This document shows positions 40,021-49,879 of a stretch of DNA of 64,000 nt, one piece after another; position 1 is the first letter of the stretch; each line of letters starts with the position of its first letter. The DNA lies in NCBI GenBank assembly GCA_965215505.1, contig OZ244065.1, forward strand, positions 1,184,001-1,248,000, read 5' to 3'. Position numbers and translations under genes: made by a program. The stretch comes from Capsulimonadaceae bacterium (GTDB lineage: Bacteria; Armatimonadota; Armatimonadia; Armatimonadales; Capsulimonadaceae). The notes under the pieces are model-generated. The model saw only the letters and a list, made by a program, of their open reading frames with translations. It was not told the origin of the DNA and did no database searches.

Positions 40021-41076
40021 TTAGGCAGCCAGCGAGGCCATGTCAATGACGAAGCGGTAGCGCACGTCGCTTTTCAGCACGCGCTCGAAGGCCTCGTTGA
40101 TGTCCTGGATGTTAATCATCTCCACATCCGCAGTGATGCCGCGCTCGGCGCAGAAGTCCAGCATCTCCTGAGTTTCGGGGATGCCGCCCGACCCCGAACC
40201 GGCGATGGACTTGCGCCCCGCCATGAGCGAAACACCCAAGACGGCCGGCTCCAGCGCATCAAGCTGTCCGACCAGGATTAGCGTCCCATCAAGCTTCAAA
40301 GTCGCCAGGTAGGGGTTGAGGTCGTGCGCGCTCGGCACCGTATCCAGGATGAAGTCGAAGCGAGCGGTGACCGCCTGCATCTGGGCAGGGTCGGTGGAAA
40401 GGACCACATGGTCCGCGCCCAGCCGCCGCGCCTCTTCCTCTTTGCCTGCGCTCCGGGTGAACAGCGTGACTTCGGCACCCAGCGCCTTGGCGAACTTCAG
40501 CCCCATGTGGCCCAGGCCGCCCAGGCCGACGACAGCGACTTTGTGGCCCGGCCCGATCTTCCAGTGCTTCAACGGCGAGTAGGTTGTGATGCCCGCGCAC
40601 AGGAGCGGCCCGGCGGCCTTGAGGTCGAGCGCATCCGGGATGTGCAGCACGAACCTGTCGGAAACGATGATCTTGTCCGAGTAGCCGCCCTGAGTGGGCG
40701 TGCCGTCGTGGCGGTCTTTGGCACCGTAGGTCGAAGTTGGGAACTCCTCGCAGTAGACCTCCAGCCCGGCGCGGCAGGACGCGCAGTGCCGGCAGGAGTC
40801 TACCAGGGTGCCGACGCCCACCATGTCGCCCGGCTTGAAGTCGGTGACGTCGGGGCCGACGCTGCTGACGCGCCCGATGATCTCGTGGCCCGGCACCATC
40901 GGGTAGGTACTCCAGCCCCACCCGTTGCGCGTCTGGTGGATGTCGGTGTGGCAGACGCCGCAGTAGAGGATGTCGATGCAGACGTCATCGGGTCGAGGGT
41001 CTCGTCGCTCAAACTGCCACGGCGCGACCGGCGTGGTCGCCGACTGTGCCGCATATCCTGAAGTTGTTATGCTCAT
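40021..41076 (-). CDS. Zn-dependent NAD(P) alcohol dehydrogenase (YahK/AdhC-like)
   Basis: CGVCHTD, PGHE, GLGGLG and VRYRFVID motifs. Confidence 0.92.
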   Translation of the reverse strand: MSITTSGYAAQSATTPVAPWQFERRDPRPDDVCIDILYCGVCHTDIHQTRNGWGWSTYPMVPGHEIIGRVSSVGPDVTDFKPGDMVGVGTLVDSCRHCASCRAGLEVYCEEFPTSTYGAKDRHDGTPTQGGYSDKIIVSDRFVLHIPDALDLKAAGPLLCAGITTYSPLKHWKIGPGHKVAVVGLGGLGHMGLKFAKALGAEVTLFTRSAGKEEEARRLGADHVVLSTDPAQMQAVTARFDFILDTVPSAHDLNPYLATLKLDGTLILVGQLDALEPAVLGVSLMAGRKSIAGSGSGGIPETQEMLDFCAERGITADVEMINIQDINEAFERVLKSDVRYRFVIDMASLAA

Positions 41077-41190
41077 TGGTTTCTCCTGCGATGTTGTGAG
41101 AGTATCTTACTTCCAATGGCACTGAAACCTGTGGCCGGATACTGCAAGGTTGTTGCCTAATCCTGCAAACGAGGCGGGTATACTCTGGAC

Positions 41191-42087
41191 ATGGAAAACG
41201 TACTCTGCGAGAAGCGAGCTGAATTGACCACCCTCCTGGATCGCCTGACCGTCTCCGATGGGACATACCCGACTGCGATCACCCCCCTGACTCTGTACCG
41301 GCTGTCGGCCCCATCACCGCCGGCCCACGGCGTTCAAAGGCCGACTTTCTGCATGGTCGCCCAGGGCAGCAAATTAGCCATACTCGGGGAAGAGGCCCAC
41401 CTACACGACCCGTCACGCTATCTGCTCCTCTCGGTTGACCTGCCGATCATGGCACAGGTGGTTGAGGCGTCACCCGAAGAACCGTACTTAGGGTTTTGCC
41501 TGGACATTGACCCGCGCCAGATCAGCGCCCTGCTTCTGGAAATGGATGTGCCGAAGGCGGATGGGACATCCACGCGCGGTATGTCGTTGTGCCGGACGGA
41601 TGCGCCGCTGCTTGATGCCGTGGTGCGCCTCCTGCGCCTGCTGGACACGCCGAAGGACGTTCCCGCGCTGGCCCCGCTGGCCCAACGCGAGATCCTGTAC
41701 CGCCTGCTCACCGGCGAACAGGGCGCGCGACTGCGCCAGATCGCCGTCAGTAACAGCCTGACCCAGCGGGTCGCGCGAGCGATTGAGTGGATCAAGCACC
41801 ATTACGCCGAGCCGCTGCATATAGAGACCATCGCGCAGGAGGTGTGCATGAGTACGTCGGGGCTGCACCACCACTTCAAGGCCGTCACCGCCCTCAGCCC
41901 GCTCCAGTACCAGAAGCATCTGCGCCTCCAGGAAGCGCGCCGCCTGATGGTGTACGACTCGCTCGACGCCGCGACGGCAGGCTACCGCGTCGGCTACCAG
42001 AGTCCATCCCAATTCAGCCGCGAGTACAGCCGCCTGTTCGGTGCGCCGCCCCTGCGCGACATCGGGCGGCTACGGAACGCCTCTTAG
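41191..42087 (+). CDS. AraC-family regulator (YqhC-like)
   Basis: QGSK, SPLQYQK and GYQSPSQFSREY motifs; divergent from adh and akr. Confidence 0.9.
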   Translation: MENVLCEKRAELTTLLDRLTVSDGTYPTAITPLTLYRLSAPSPPAHGVQRPTFCMVAQGSKLAILGEEAHLHDPSRYLLLSVDLPIMAQVVEASPEEPYLGFCLDIDPRQISALLLEMDVPKADGTSTRGMSLCRTDAPLLDAVVRLLRLLDTPKDVPALAPLAQREILYRLLTGEQGARLRQIAVSNSLTQRVARAIEWIKHHYAEPLHIETIAQEVCMSTSGLHHHFKAVTALSPLQYQKHLRLQEARRLMVYDSLDAATAGYRVGYQSPSQFSREYSRLFGAPPLRDIGRLRNAS

Positions 42088-42522
42088 GAGACGATTCATC
42101 GCGCCCATTTCCCCTGCCGCGCCCTCTTCCCCTGCCGTCTTTCCTTTGGCTGCCGCATTCATGCGGTTGACAGCAATAGTCTCCTTGTTCTGTGCTGCCC
42201 ACAAATGAAGGGGCACCAGCGCCCCTCGTAATGTCTGCCCGAGTTGGGTCAGCTCATAGTCCACACGCGGCGGCACCGAGGGGAATAGGGTGCGCGTGAC
42301 GATGCCATCTGTCTCCAGTCGCTTCAGAGTCAGCGTGAGCATGCGCTGCGAGATACCGCCGACACGCCGCTCGATCTCGTTATAGCGCAATGGCCCCTTG
42401 GACAGTGTCCCGACGACCATGATGGTCCACTTGTCGCCGATAGTCGCCAGCACGTCGGCAAGACCCTTGCAATCGGTGGCGGACAGAGAACCGTCAGGAA
42501 CAGAAATGTTCGTTTCGCTCAT
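42070..42522 (-). CDS. HxlR-family winged-helix regulator
   Basis: IGDKW, ISQRMLTLTL and PPRVDYELT motifs. Confidence 0.9.
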   Translation of the reverse strand: MSETNISVPDGSLSATDCKGLADVLATIGDKWTIMVVGTLSKGPLRYNEIERRVGGISQRMLTLTLKRLETDGIVTRTLFPSVPPRVDYELTQLGQTLRGALVPLHLWAAQNKETIAVNRMNAAAKGKTAGEEGAAGEMGAMNRLLRGVP

Positions 42523-42631
42523 AAAAGTGCCTTCTTGTAAAAGATCATTGTACCTACTATAATAGCGCTACGAACGAATTGTTCGTGCGGTCCCAATCCA
42601 GAAAAGTAGACGCTGCAACCGATGAAAGGAC

Positions 42632-43255
42632 ATGATCATGCCAAAACTTCTCGTTGTCGAGGCAAGCCCACGGGGAGAGTACTCGATCTCCCGCAACCTC
42701 GCGAAAACCTTTGTCGAGCAATGGAAGATCGCACACCCGGATGGCGGAATCGTTGAGCGCGATCTCGCAAAGAGTGATCTGCCCTATGTGAATCTGCCCT
42801 GGCTGGGAGCCAGCCTGACGCCTGCGGAGAAGCACACTCCTGAGATGAAGGACGTGCTTCGGGTGTCCGACGAGCTTGTCGCCGAACTCCTGGCCGCAGA
42901 TCACATCGCGATCAGCACCCCGGTCTACAACTACAACATCCCCGCAAACCTGAAGTCTTATGTGGACCACATCGTCCGCAAGGGGCTGACGCTGGGCATG
43001 ACGGGCGAGGGCCTGGTTCATGGCAAAAGATGCACGATCCTCATGGCTTCGGGCGGCGTTTACACGGAGGGTTCGCCGATCCGCGACCGGGACATCGCAA
43101 CGATGTACCTGCGCCTGATTCTCAAGGTGATTGGCATTGAGGATGTCACATTTGTCGCGGCTGGCGGAAGCAAGGCCGTTGACCTCGGAGAAAAATCGCG
43201 AGCCGAGTTTCTCCAGACGTTTGAACCAGCAGTCACGTCTGCCGCGCAGTCGTAA
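42632..43255 (+). CDS. azoR: FMN-dependent NADH-azoreductase
   Basis: [21 protein letters not shown] and ASGGVY motifs. Confidence 0.85.
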   Translation: MIMPKLLVVEASPRGEYSISRNLAKTFVEQWKIAHPDGGIVERDLAKSDLPYVNLPWLGASLTPAEKHTPEMKDVLRVSDELVAELLAADHIAISTPVYNYNIPANLKSYVDHIVRKGLTLGMTGEGLVHGKRCTILMASGGVYTEGSPIRDRDIATMYLRLILKVIGIEDVTFVAAGGSKAVDLGEKSRAEFLQTFEPAVTSAAQS

Positions 43256-43379
43256 TCGGGCGCTTGAAGAAGCGGTCGCTCGGTATTGGCGTGGTGCTGA
43301 CTCTCGATAGCAAAAAAGCCCGGCTCTCTGGTGAGTGGCCGGGCCACGCCGTTTTAAGGGGGCGCGATGGATCGCACCC

Positions 43380-43853
43380 TCACGGCAGGCGCAGGTATAC
43401 CTCTTCCGACTCCGGCGCGGCATAGGCGATCTCCCAGGGCACGAAACCGAGGCCGGTGTAGAGCCGTGCCGCCGCCGCGTTCTCGCGCAGATGGCTGGTC
43501 GCGATGATCTCCGCCTCGGGGGTCAGCCGCAGACGGCGGATCACCTCGATCATCGCGGCCCGCCCATACCCTTTCCCCTGATGCGCCCGGTCTATCATCA
43601 GGCGCGTGATGAACCCCACCCCCGCCGCCATCTCAATCATCGTGAAGCCGACCATCGGGACCGGCGGGTCTTCCTCGAAGCCACGGGCGGCTGCGTTGTA
43701 GACCGCTAGGGGCCTCATGTTCGGGTTGACGTATGCCTCCGCCAGCGACTTGGCGTTGGAGGCGACTAGGCCCGCTTGGGCATCCTCAACCTGAAGAGCG
43801 AGGCATTCGCGGTAGTTGGCGAGCGTGACGGGGCGCAAATTGACTTCAGCCAT
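43380..43853 (-). CDS. GNAT acetyltransferase (spermidine acetyltransferase-like)
   Basis: RLMIDRAHQGKGYG motif. Confidence 0.8.
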   Translation of the reverse strand: MAEVNLRPVTLANYRECLALQVEDAQAGLVASNAKSLAEAYVNPNMRPLAVYNAAARGFEEDPPVPMVGFTMIEMAAGVGFITRLMIDRAHQGKGYGRAAMIEVIRRLRLTPEAEIIATSHLRENAAAARLYTGLGFVPWEIAYAAPESEEVYLRLP

Positions 43854-43877
43854 GCGTTTATTCCTCTCCAGTTGGGG

Positions 43878-43911
43878 TATACTGTCTCCGATATTTAACC
43901 GGGGTTAAAAT
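43878..43911 (+). promoter_or_regulatory. -10 box plus palindromic MntR/DtxR-type operator
   Basis: TATACT at 43878-43883; TTTAACC-GG-GGTTAAA at 43894-43909 upstream of mntR. Confidence 0.7.
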
Positions 43912-43931
43912 AAAGATTAACGCGAGGCAAT

Positions 43932-44597
43932 ATGCACACCGCCGCCGTGGAAGATTACGTCAAGACGATCTATAAGCTGCAAACGCAGACCGAGACGGTT
44001 TCGACCTCGGCCCTAGCCGAGCGGACCGGGACGACAGCCGCCGCCGTGACCAAGATGCTCAAGCACCTGGCGCAGCTTCATCTGGTCTCCTATACCCCGT
44101 ATCATGGCGTCCGCCTTTCCCCGATGGGTGAGAAGATCGCCCTGGAAGTGATCCGGCATCACCGGCTGCTGGAACTGTATCTGGCGCAGGCAATGGGCTA
44201 CTCCTGGGACCAGGTGGACGCCGAGGCGGAGAAGCTGGAACACGTCATTTCCGAGGAGTTCGAGGAGCGGATCGACACCCTCCTGGGCCATCCCCGCACC
44301 TGCCCGCACGGTGACCCCATCCCCGGCCCCGACGGCACACTGGTGGAGGAGCGCCTGCGCTCCCTCAGCGAGTGCTTGCCGGGCGAGGTCGTCGCCATCG
44401 CCCGCGTCAAGGACACCGACGCCGCCGTGCTGCGCGCGCTGACCGCCCGCGTCATGCGCCTGGAGACGGTGATCGCGGTCCTGGACCGGGACAGCATTGA
44501 CGGCCTGCTGACCGTCCAGGTGGGCGACCAGCGGCACGTCCTCGGCCCCGCCCTGGCCGGCAGCGTCTTCGTCACTGCACCGAACAAGAACAAGTAA
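43932..44597 (+). CDS. mntR: DtxR/MntR-family metal-dependent repressor
   Basis: EDYVKTIY, HHRLLELYL, EAEKLEH and CPHGDPIP motifs; FeoA-like C-terminus. Confidence 0.88.
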   Translation: MHTAAVEDYVKTIYKLQTQTETVSTSALAERTGTTAAAVTKMLKHLAQLHLVSYTPYHGVRLSPMGEKIALEVIRHHRLLELYLAQAMGYSWDQVDAEAEKLEHVISEEFEERIDTLLGHPRTCPHGDPIPGPDGTLVEERLRSLSECLPGEVVAIARVKDTDAAVLRALTARVMRLETVIAVLDRDSIDGLLTVQVGDQRHVLGPALAGSVFVTAPNKNK

Positions 44598-44606
44598 GAA
44601 GTACCA

Positions 44607-45977
44607 ATGGACGCCATCGAAGAAACATATCCACCGCCCACAGGAACGTCGCAGGGCTGGCGCGGGCCGGTCCAGCGGAACAGCCTGCCGGAAGTCTTTC
44701 AGTCCATCGCCGTGCCCAGGGACGCGAGTTCGTGGCGGCGGTTCCTGGCCTTTTTCGGGCCGGGCTACCTGATCGCCGTCGGCTACATGGACCCCGGCAA
44801 CTGGGCGACGGACATCAGCGGCGGCTCGGTCTACAGCTACCGGCTGCTGTCGGTCATCCTGATCGCCAACTTCACGGCCATCTTCTTGCAGGCCCTGGCC
44901 GCGAAGCTCGGGCTTGTCACGGGGCGCGATCTTGCCCAGGCCTGCCGGGACTCGTACAGCAGGCCGGTTTCCCTCTTCCTCTGGCTCTCCGCCGAGGTCG
45001 GCATCGTGGCCTGCGACGTGGCCGAGGTCATCGGGGCGGGCATCGCGCTCAATCTGCTGTTCCATATCCCCCTCATCATCGGGTGCGCCCTGACGGCCCT
45101 GGACGTGCTGGCGGTACTGGCCTTGCAAGGGAAGGGCTTCCGCTATGTCGAGGCGCTGGTCATCACGCTCATCGGCACGATGATGGTCATCTTCACCATC
45201 GAGATGGTCTACGCCCGGCCCGCCTGGTTCGGCGTCCTGGCCGGGTTCGTGCCGCACGCGGAGATCGTCACGGACCCGGCCATGCTCTACATCGCGCTTG
45301 GGATTTTGGGCGCGACGGTCATGCCGCACAACCTGTATTTGCATTCGTCTATCGTCCAGACACGGCGCATCGGGACCGAGGCGAAGGAGATCAAGGGCGC
45401 GATCCAGAGTTCCTACCTCGACTCGACGGTCGCCCTGATGCTGGCCCTGTTCGTCAACGCCGCCATTCTGATCCTCGCCGCCGCCGTCTTCTACAAGCAC
45501 GGGCACCACGAGGTCGGCGACATCCAGGGAGCCTACAAGATGCTGACGCCGCTGATGGGCGTCGGGATCGCCACGCCGCTGTTCGCAATCGCCCTGCTGG
45601 CGTCAGGCCAGAATTCGACGCTGACCGGGACGATGGCGGGGCAGGTGATATTGGAAGGCTTCACGCACTACCAGATTCCGGCCTGGCTGCGGCGGCTGAT
45701 CTCCCGGATGCTTGCCATCGTCCCGACCCTCTTCATCGTCGGCCTCTACGGCATGTCGGGCACGGGAAAGCTCCTGATCTTCAGCCAGGTGGTGCTGTCG
45801 GTGCAACTCTCCTTCGCCGTCATCCCGCTCGTACAGTTCACCGGGGACCGGCTGAAGATGGGGCAGTTCGCGAACGGCTGGGCGACGAAGGCGATCGGCT
45901 GGACGCTGGCCGTCATCATCTTCGGGCTGAACTCGTACCTGGTCTACAAGACGTTCGTCCCGGACGGCGCGCATTAG
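44607..45977 (+). CDS. mntH: Nramp divalent metal transporter
   Basis: YMDPGNW and MPHNLYLHS motifs. Confidence 0.93.
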   Translation: MDAIEETYPPPTGTSQGWRGPVQRNSLPEVFQSIAVPRDASSWRRFLAFFGPGYLIAVGYMDPGNWATDISGGSVYSYRLLSVILIANFTAIFLQALAAKLGLVTGRDLAQACRDSYSRPVSLFLWLSAEVGIVACDVAEVIGAGIALNLLFHIPLIIGCALTALDVLAVLALQGKGFRYVEALVITLIGTMMVIFTIEMVYARPAWFGVLAGFVPHAEIVTDPAMLYIALGILGATVMPHNLYLHSSIVQTRRIGTEAKEIKGAIQSSYLDSTVALMLALFVNAAILILAAAVFYKHGHHEVGDIQGAYKMLTPLMGVGIATPLFAIALLASGQNSTLTGTMAGQVILEGFTHYQIPAWLRRLISRMLAIVPTLFIVGLYGMSGTGKLLIFSQVVLSVQLSFAVIPLVQFTGDRLKMGQFANGWATKAIGWTLAVIIFGLNSYLVYKTFVPDGAH

Positions 45978-46054
45978 CAGGGCGCATTAATACCCGTTTG
46001 CGCCTGCCTGCCACCTGGGTACTGTGTCCCTAACGTACAGGAGGACTTCCCTTA

Positions 46055-46927
46055 ATGGCTCTGCAAACGATCTATGCGCTCTTCCAGGATGTCGCCGACG
46101 CGGAGCGCGCCATCGGCGCGCTCCAGGACCACGGCGTCCCGGCCGCGAACATCGGCGTCGCCACCCGCCGCCCCGCCGAGCAGGACGAGGCGGGCCGCAT
46201 CCACACCGGCTTCACCCGGCTGACCGATAACGACTCCGTCCGGTTGGGTGAGCCGGAGGTGGCTTATGTGCCCCAGCCGGGGACCCTGCCGCCCGCCGCC
46301 CTCGCCGGGACCGTCACCCCGGCAAGCGCGGTGGACACGCCGCTGAACGTCGCGACGGTCGGCAAGGAAGGCATCACGACGACGACGCCCCAAGACGCTG
46401 CCGCGGGCGCGGCCGTCGGCAGCGGGGTCGGGCTGGTGGCGGGGATTCTGGCCGCCGCCGCCGCGCTGACCATTCCCGGCTTCGGGCTGGTGCTGGGCGG
46501 CGGGGTGCTTGCCGCCGCCTTCGGCGCGACGGCCGCCACGGCGGCGGCGGGCGCGGCGGTCGGCGGCGTCACCGGCTATCTGCGGGACATGGGGATGTCG
46601 GAGCAGGCGGCGACCAGCGTCCACGACCGGCTGGCCGAGGGCGATTATCTGCTGACGGCGACCGTGGACCCCACGCGCTACGACGACATCAAGATGCTCC
46701 TCCAGAAGTACAACGCCGTGGGCGTTGACATCAACGTCAGCGCGGCGGGCGAGACGATCACAGACGCTCGCGGCGGCGACTCCCTGACCACCCACCCGGC
46801 CGTGCCGACACCCTCCTGGGAAGCTCCGGCAGTTTCTGCCACGCACGCCGTCGGCGAAACACCGGACGAGGCGCTGGCGCGGGAGGAAGCGGCGCGGGCC
46901 AGTGGGGCGCGCACCTACGGGTCTTAG
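46055..46927 (+). CDS. General stress protein-like membrane protein
   Basis: ALF.....AERAIGAL N-terminus and Gly/Ala-rich hairpin; AGGAGG RBS. Confidence 0.65.
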   Translation: MALQTIYALFQDVADAERAIGALQDHGVPAANIGVATRRPAEQDEAGRIHTGFTRLTDNDSVRLGEPEVAYVPQPGTLPPAALAGTVTPASAVDTPLNVATVGKEGITTTTPQDAAAGAAVGSGVGLVAGILAAAAALTIPGFGLVLGGGVLAAAFGATAATAAAGAAVGGVTGYLRDMGMSEQAATSVHDRLAEGDYLLTATVDPTRYDDIKMLLQKYNAVGVDINVSAAGETITDARGGDSLTTHPAVPTPSWEAPAVSATHAVGETPDEALAREEAARASGARTYGS

Positions 46928-46953
46928 ACGCGAGGCACAGACCGACGGTGAGG

Positions 46954-47024
46954 AGGGCGGACACAGGGGTCCGCCCCTACGGGCGCAGGCCTTGTCTGTA
47001 GGGGCGCACCTGCGTGTGCGCCCT
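46954..47024. repeat. Inverted pair of GTAG-type REPs (BIME-like)
   Basis: AGGGCGGACACAGGGGTCCGCCCCTAC and GTAGGGGCGCACCTGCGTGTGCGCCCT. Confidence 0.75.
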
Positions 47025-47113
47025 TCCTCGCGTGTGCGCCCTCTCGCCTCCAATCCTGCCCTGCATCTGCCTCCTTATTGACCTCCCTCCCCGTTTCCGG
47101 TTATAATGGCCCT

Positions 47114-47782
47114 ATGGCCGCTGTCTTCCCCCCGCTCCGCGCCGTGCTGTTCGATCTGGACGGCACGCTCATCGAAACCCACATTGATTTTCCGGCCATG
47201 ACGCGCGACATGGAGCGGCTGGCGCGGGCGGCGGATGTCCCCGAAAAGATCACGGCGGGGAAAGACATCCTGGGCCTGGTGGACGCGGCGTCCGAGGATG
47301 TGAAGGCGCGCGGCGGCGACGGCCCGGCCCTGCGGCGGGCGGCGTTCGCAAGGCTGGAAGAGCTGGAAGTCGCGGGCTGCGCGCGCCCCGCCCTGCTGGC
47401 CGGGACGCGCGAGACGCTGACGGCACTGCTGGAGAAGGGAATCAAGGTCGGCATCGTCACCCGCAACTGCCGCTGCGTCTCAGTCGGCCTGCTGGCGCGG
47501 TTCGCCCTACCTCACCACCTGCTGCTGACGCGCGACGATGTGGCCCGGACGAAGCCGAACCCAGAACATCTGTGGGAGGCCCTGCGCCTGCTCGGCGAGG
47601 CACCCGAAGCTACTGCGATGGTCGGCGACCACTGGATGGACGTTCAGGCGGGGGTTCGCGCCGGCTGCGCGGCGACATTGGGCGTGCTGGGCCGGCACGA
47701 CGCCGAATGGTTCGCCCCCTGCCCTCCCACGGCAACGGCGCGCGACCTGGCCGAATCCGCATTTCTGTTCGGTCTGGCCTGA
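47114..47782 (+). CDS. HAD-family hydrolase
   Basis: FDLDGT, KPNP and VGD motifs; TATAAT 6 nt before the ATG. Confidence 0.88.
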   Translation: MAAVFPPLRAVLFDLDGTLIETHIDFPAMTRDMERLARAADVPEKITAGKDILGLVDAASEDVKARGGDGPALRRAAFARLEELEVAGCARPALLAGTRETLTALLEKGIKVGIVTRNCRCVSVGLLARFALPHHLLLTRDDVARTKPNPEHLWEALRLLGEAPEATAMVGDHWMDVQAGVRAGCAATLGVLGRHDAEWFAPCPPTATARDLAESAFLFGLA

Positions 47783-47785
47783 CCC

Positions 47786-48640
47786 ATGCTGTTGTCCGTC
47801 TGCATTGTGAACTGGAACACGCGGGACTATCTGCGCGAATGCCTGACGGCACTCGGCCAATACCCGCCCGCCGGGGCGGACATGGAAATCATCGTCGTAG
47901 ACAATGCCAGCAGTGACGGCTCGGCGGCGATGGCGGCCTCCGAATTCCCTGCCATCTCACTCATTGGGAACTCCGACAACAAGGGCTATGCCGAGGGCAA
48001 CAACCAGGCTTTAGAGAAGGCGGCGGGCGACTTCCTGCTGCTCCTGAACCCGGACGTTGTCGTCCATCCCAAGAGCCTGACGCGCGCCCTGGCTTTCATG
48101 GCAGATCACCCCGACGCGGGCGCGCTGGGCTGCCGCCTGATTGGTAAGGACGGCGAGACACAACGGTCGGTGCGCGGCTTCCCAGACCCCGGCCCGGTCC
48201 TGTGGGATGCGTCCGGCCTGTCGCGCCTGTTCCCGCGCTCGCGCCTCTTCGGGGCGTACCGGATGACGTTTTTCGATTACGACCGTGTCTCGGAAGTAGA
48301 CCAGCCGATGGGATCGTTCCTGCTGCTCACGCGCGCCGCGCTGGACAAAGTCGGACTGCTTGACCCGCAGTTCCCGATCTTCTTCAACGAGGTGGACTGG
48401 TGCTGGCGGGCCAAGCGCGAACACGGCTTCCCGATCTACTACACGCCGGATGTCGTCGTGACGCACTACGGCGGGAGCAGCACACGGCAGGTGAAGGCCG
48501 CCATGGTGCGCGAGTCGCATCGGTCGCTGCTGCGCTTCTACGACAAGCACTACGCCCGCCTCGCGCCGCCGGTCAGGTGGCTGATTCGCGGGGCGGTGCT
48601 GTTAAACGAGTGGCGGCTGACGCGCCGGGCAAGGGAATAG
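47786..48640 (+). CDS. GT2 glycosyltransferase
   Basis: IVNWN, VDNASSDGS and LLNPD motifs. Confidence 0.9.
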   Translation: MLLSVCIVNWNTRDYLRECLTALGQYPPAGADMEIIVVDNASSDGSAAMAASEFPAISLIGNSDNKGYAEGNNQALEKAAGDFLLLLNPDVVVHPKSLTRALAFMADHPDAGALGCRLIGKDGETQRSVRGFPDPGPVLWDASGLSRLFPRSRLFGAYRMTFFDYDRVSEVDQPMGSFLLLTRAALDKVGLLDPQFPIFFNEVDWCWRAKREHGFPIYYTPDVVVTHYGGSSTRQVKAAMVRESHRSLLRFYDKHYARLAPPVRWLIRGAVLLNEWRLTRRARE

Positions 48641-48644
48641 CTCG

Positions 48645-48929
48645 ATGCGTCACGATATCAAGTACAAAATCTGGCCGATTGGCTCCCAGGGCGTGTGGAG
48701 GCGTGGGAGCCTCATCGAATTGCTTCTTGACGTTCCGCACTTCCGATTGGCTAGGGATGGAGGCACTCTACCCGCGCTCACGGGGATGAACCAGGTTCTG
48801 GCGCAAGGCATAAGTGATGCCGGGATGAGTGGCCGTTGTGAATGGACTCCGCTCCAGCTTTCTGAAGATGAGTATCAGGAAGTAGTACTTGAGTTGCTAA
48901 CTGAACCCGGCACGAATTTCCATCTATGA
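48645..48929 (+). CDS. Hypothetical protein between GT2 paralogs
   Basis: Lower GC; ATGA overlap with the next gene. Confidence 0.45.
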   Translation: MRHDIKYKIWPIGSQGVWRRGSLIELLLDVPHFRLARDGGTLPALTGMNQVLAQGISDAGMSGRCEWTPLQLSEDEYQEVVLELLTEPGTNFHL

Positions 48930-49879
48930 ACGACATCGCCGTCATCATCGTCAACTGGAACGCGCAGGAGGACCTGCGGCGCTGCCTGCACTCGCTCTAC
49001 GCCGACCCGCTGCCGCGGGCGGCCTATGAGGTCTGGGTAGTGGATAACGCCAGCAGTGACGGCTCGGCGGAGATGGTCGCCTCGGAGTTCCCGCAGGCGC
49101 GGCTCATCGCCAATACGGACAACGCGGGATTCTCCAAGGCAAACAATCAGGCCATCGCACGGACGGAGAGCCGGTACGTCTTCCTGCTGAACTCCGACGC
49201 CTTTATCCACGCTGGCGCATTAGACCAGCTTGTCGTGTATGCCGACGCGCACCCGAAGGCGGGGATCGTCGGGCCGAAGGTGCTGAACTCCAACGGCTCC
49301 ATCCAGTTCTCGTGCCGCCGGTTCCCCTCGCTTGGCGCGGGCTTCTTCCGCAACACCTACCTTGGGCGGCTGTTCCCGCACAACAAGTTCGCCCGCGACT
49401 ACTTGATGGTCGGGTTTGACCATGCGAGCGACATCACTGTGGACTGGGTTTCGGGCTGTGCCATGCTGATCCGGCGCGAGCTGTTAGAAATGATCGGGGC
49501 GCTGGATGAGCGGTTTTACATGTACTGCGAAGACGTAGACCTCTGCCAGCGTGCCTGGGAAGGCGGCTGGGAAGTGGTCTACGCGCACCAGCCCGTGGTC
49601 ACGCACGCCATCGGCCGGTCGAGCGACAAGAACGGCGACCGGATGATCATCGAGTTCCACCGCTCCTGGTACGAGTACGACCGGAAGCGGCACCCGAAGG
49701 CGTCGCTCCTGCGCCGCGCGGCCGTCTACTCGGGCCTGTGGCTGCGGGCCGCCGTCCGCATCGCCAAGCGGCGGGCTTCCGCCCGGCACCACGCGGGGCG
49801 GGCACGGGCAGCCTCGCGCGAGTCAGCTATAGCGGTCAAGACGACCGTAGCAGGCGGTGGGGATCAGGGCAACCCATGA
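48926..49879 (+). CDS. GT2 glycosyltransferase
   Basis: IVNWN, VDNASSDGS, LLNSD and YCEDVDLC motifs. Confidence 0.9.
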   Translation: MNDIAVIIVNWNAQEDLRRCLHSLYADPLPRAAYEVWVVDNASSDGSAEMVASEFPQARLIANTDNAGFSKANNQAIARTESRYVFLLNSDAFIHAGALDQLVVYADAHPKAGIVGPKVLNSNGSIQFSCRRFPSLGAGFFRNTYLGRLFPHNKFARDYLMVGFDHASDITVDWVSGCAMLIRRELLEMIGALDERFYMYCEDVDLCQRAWEGGWEVVYAHQPVVTHAIGRSSDKNGDRMIIEFHRSWYEYDRKRHPKASLLRRAAVYSGLWLRAAVRIAKRRASARHHAGRARAASRESAIAVKTTVAGGGDQGNP

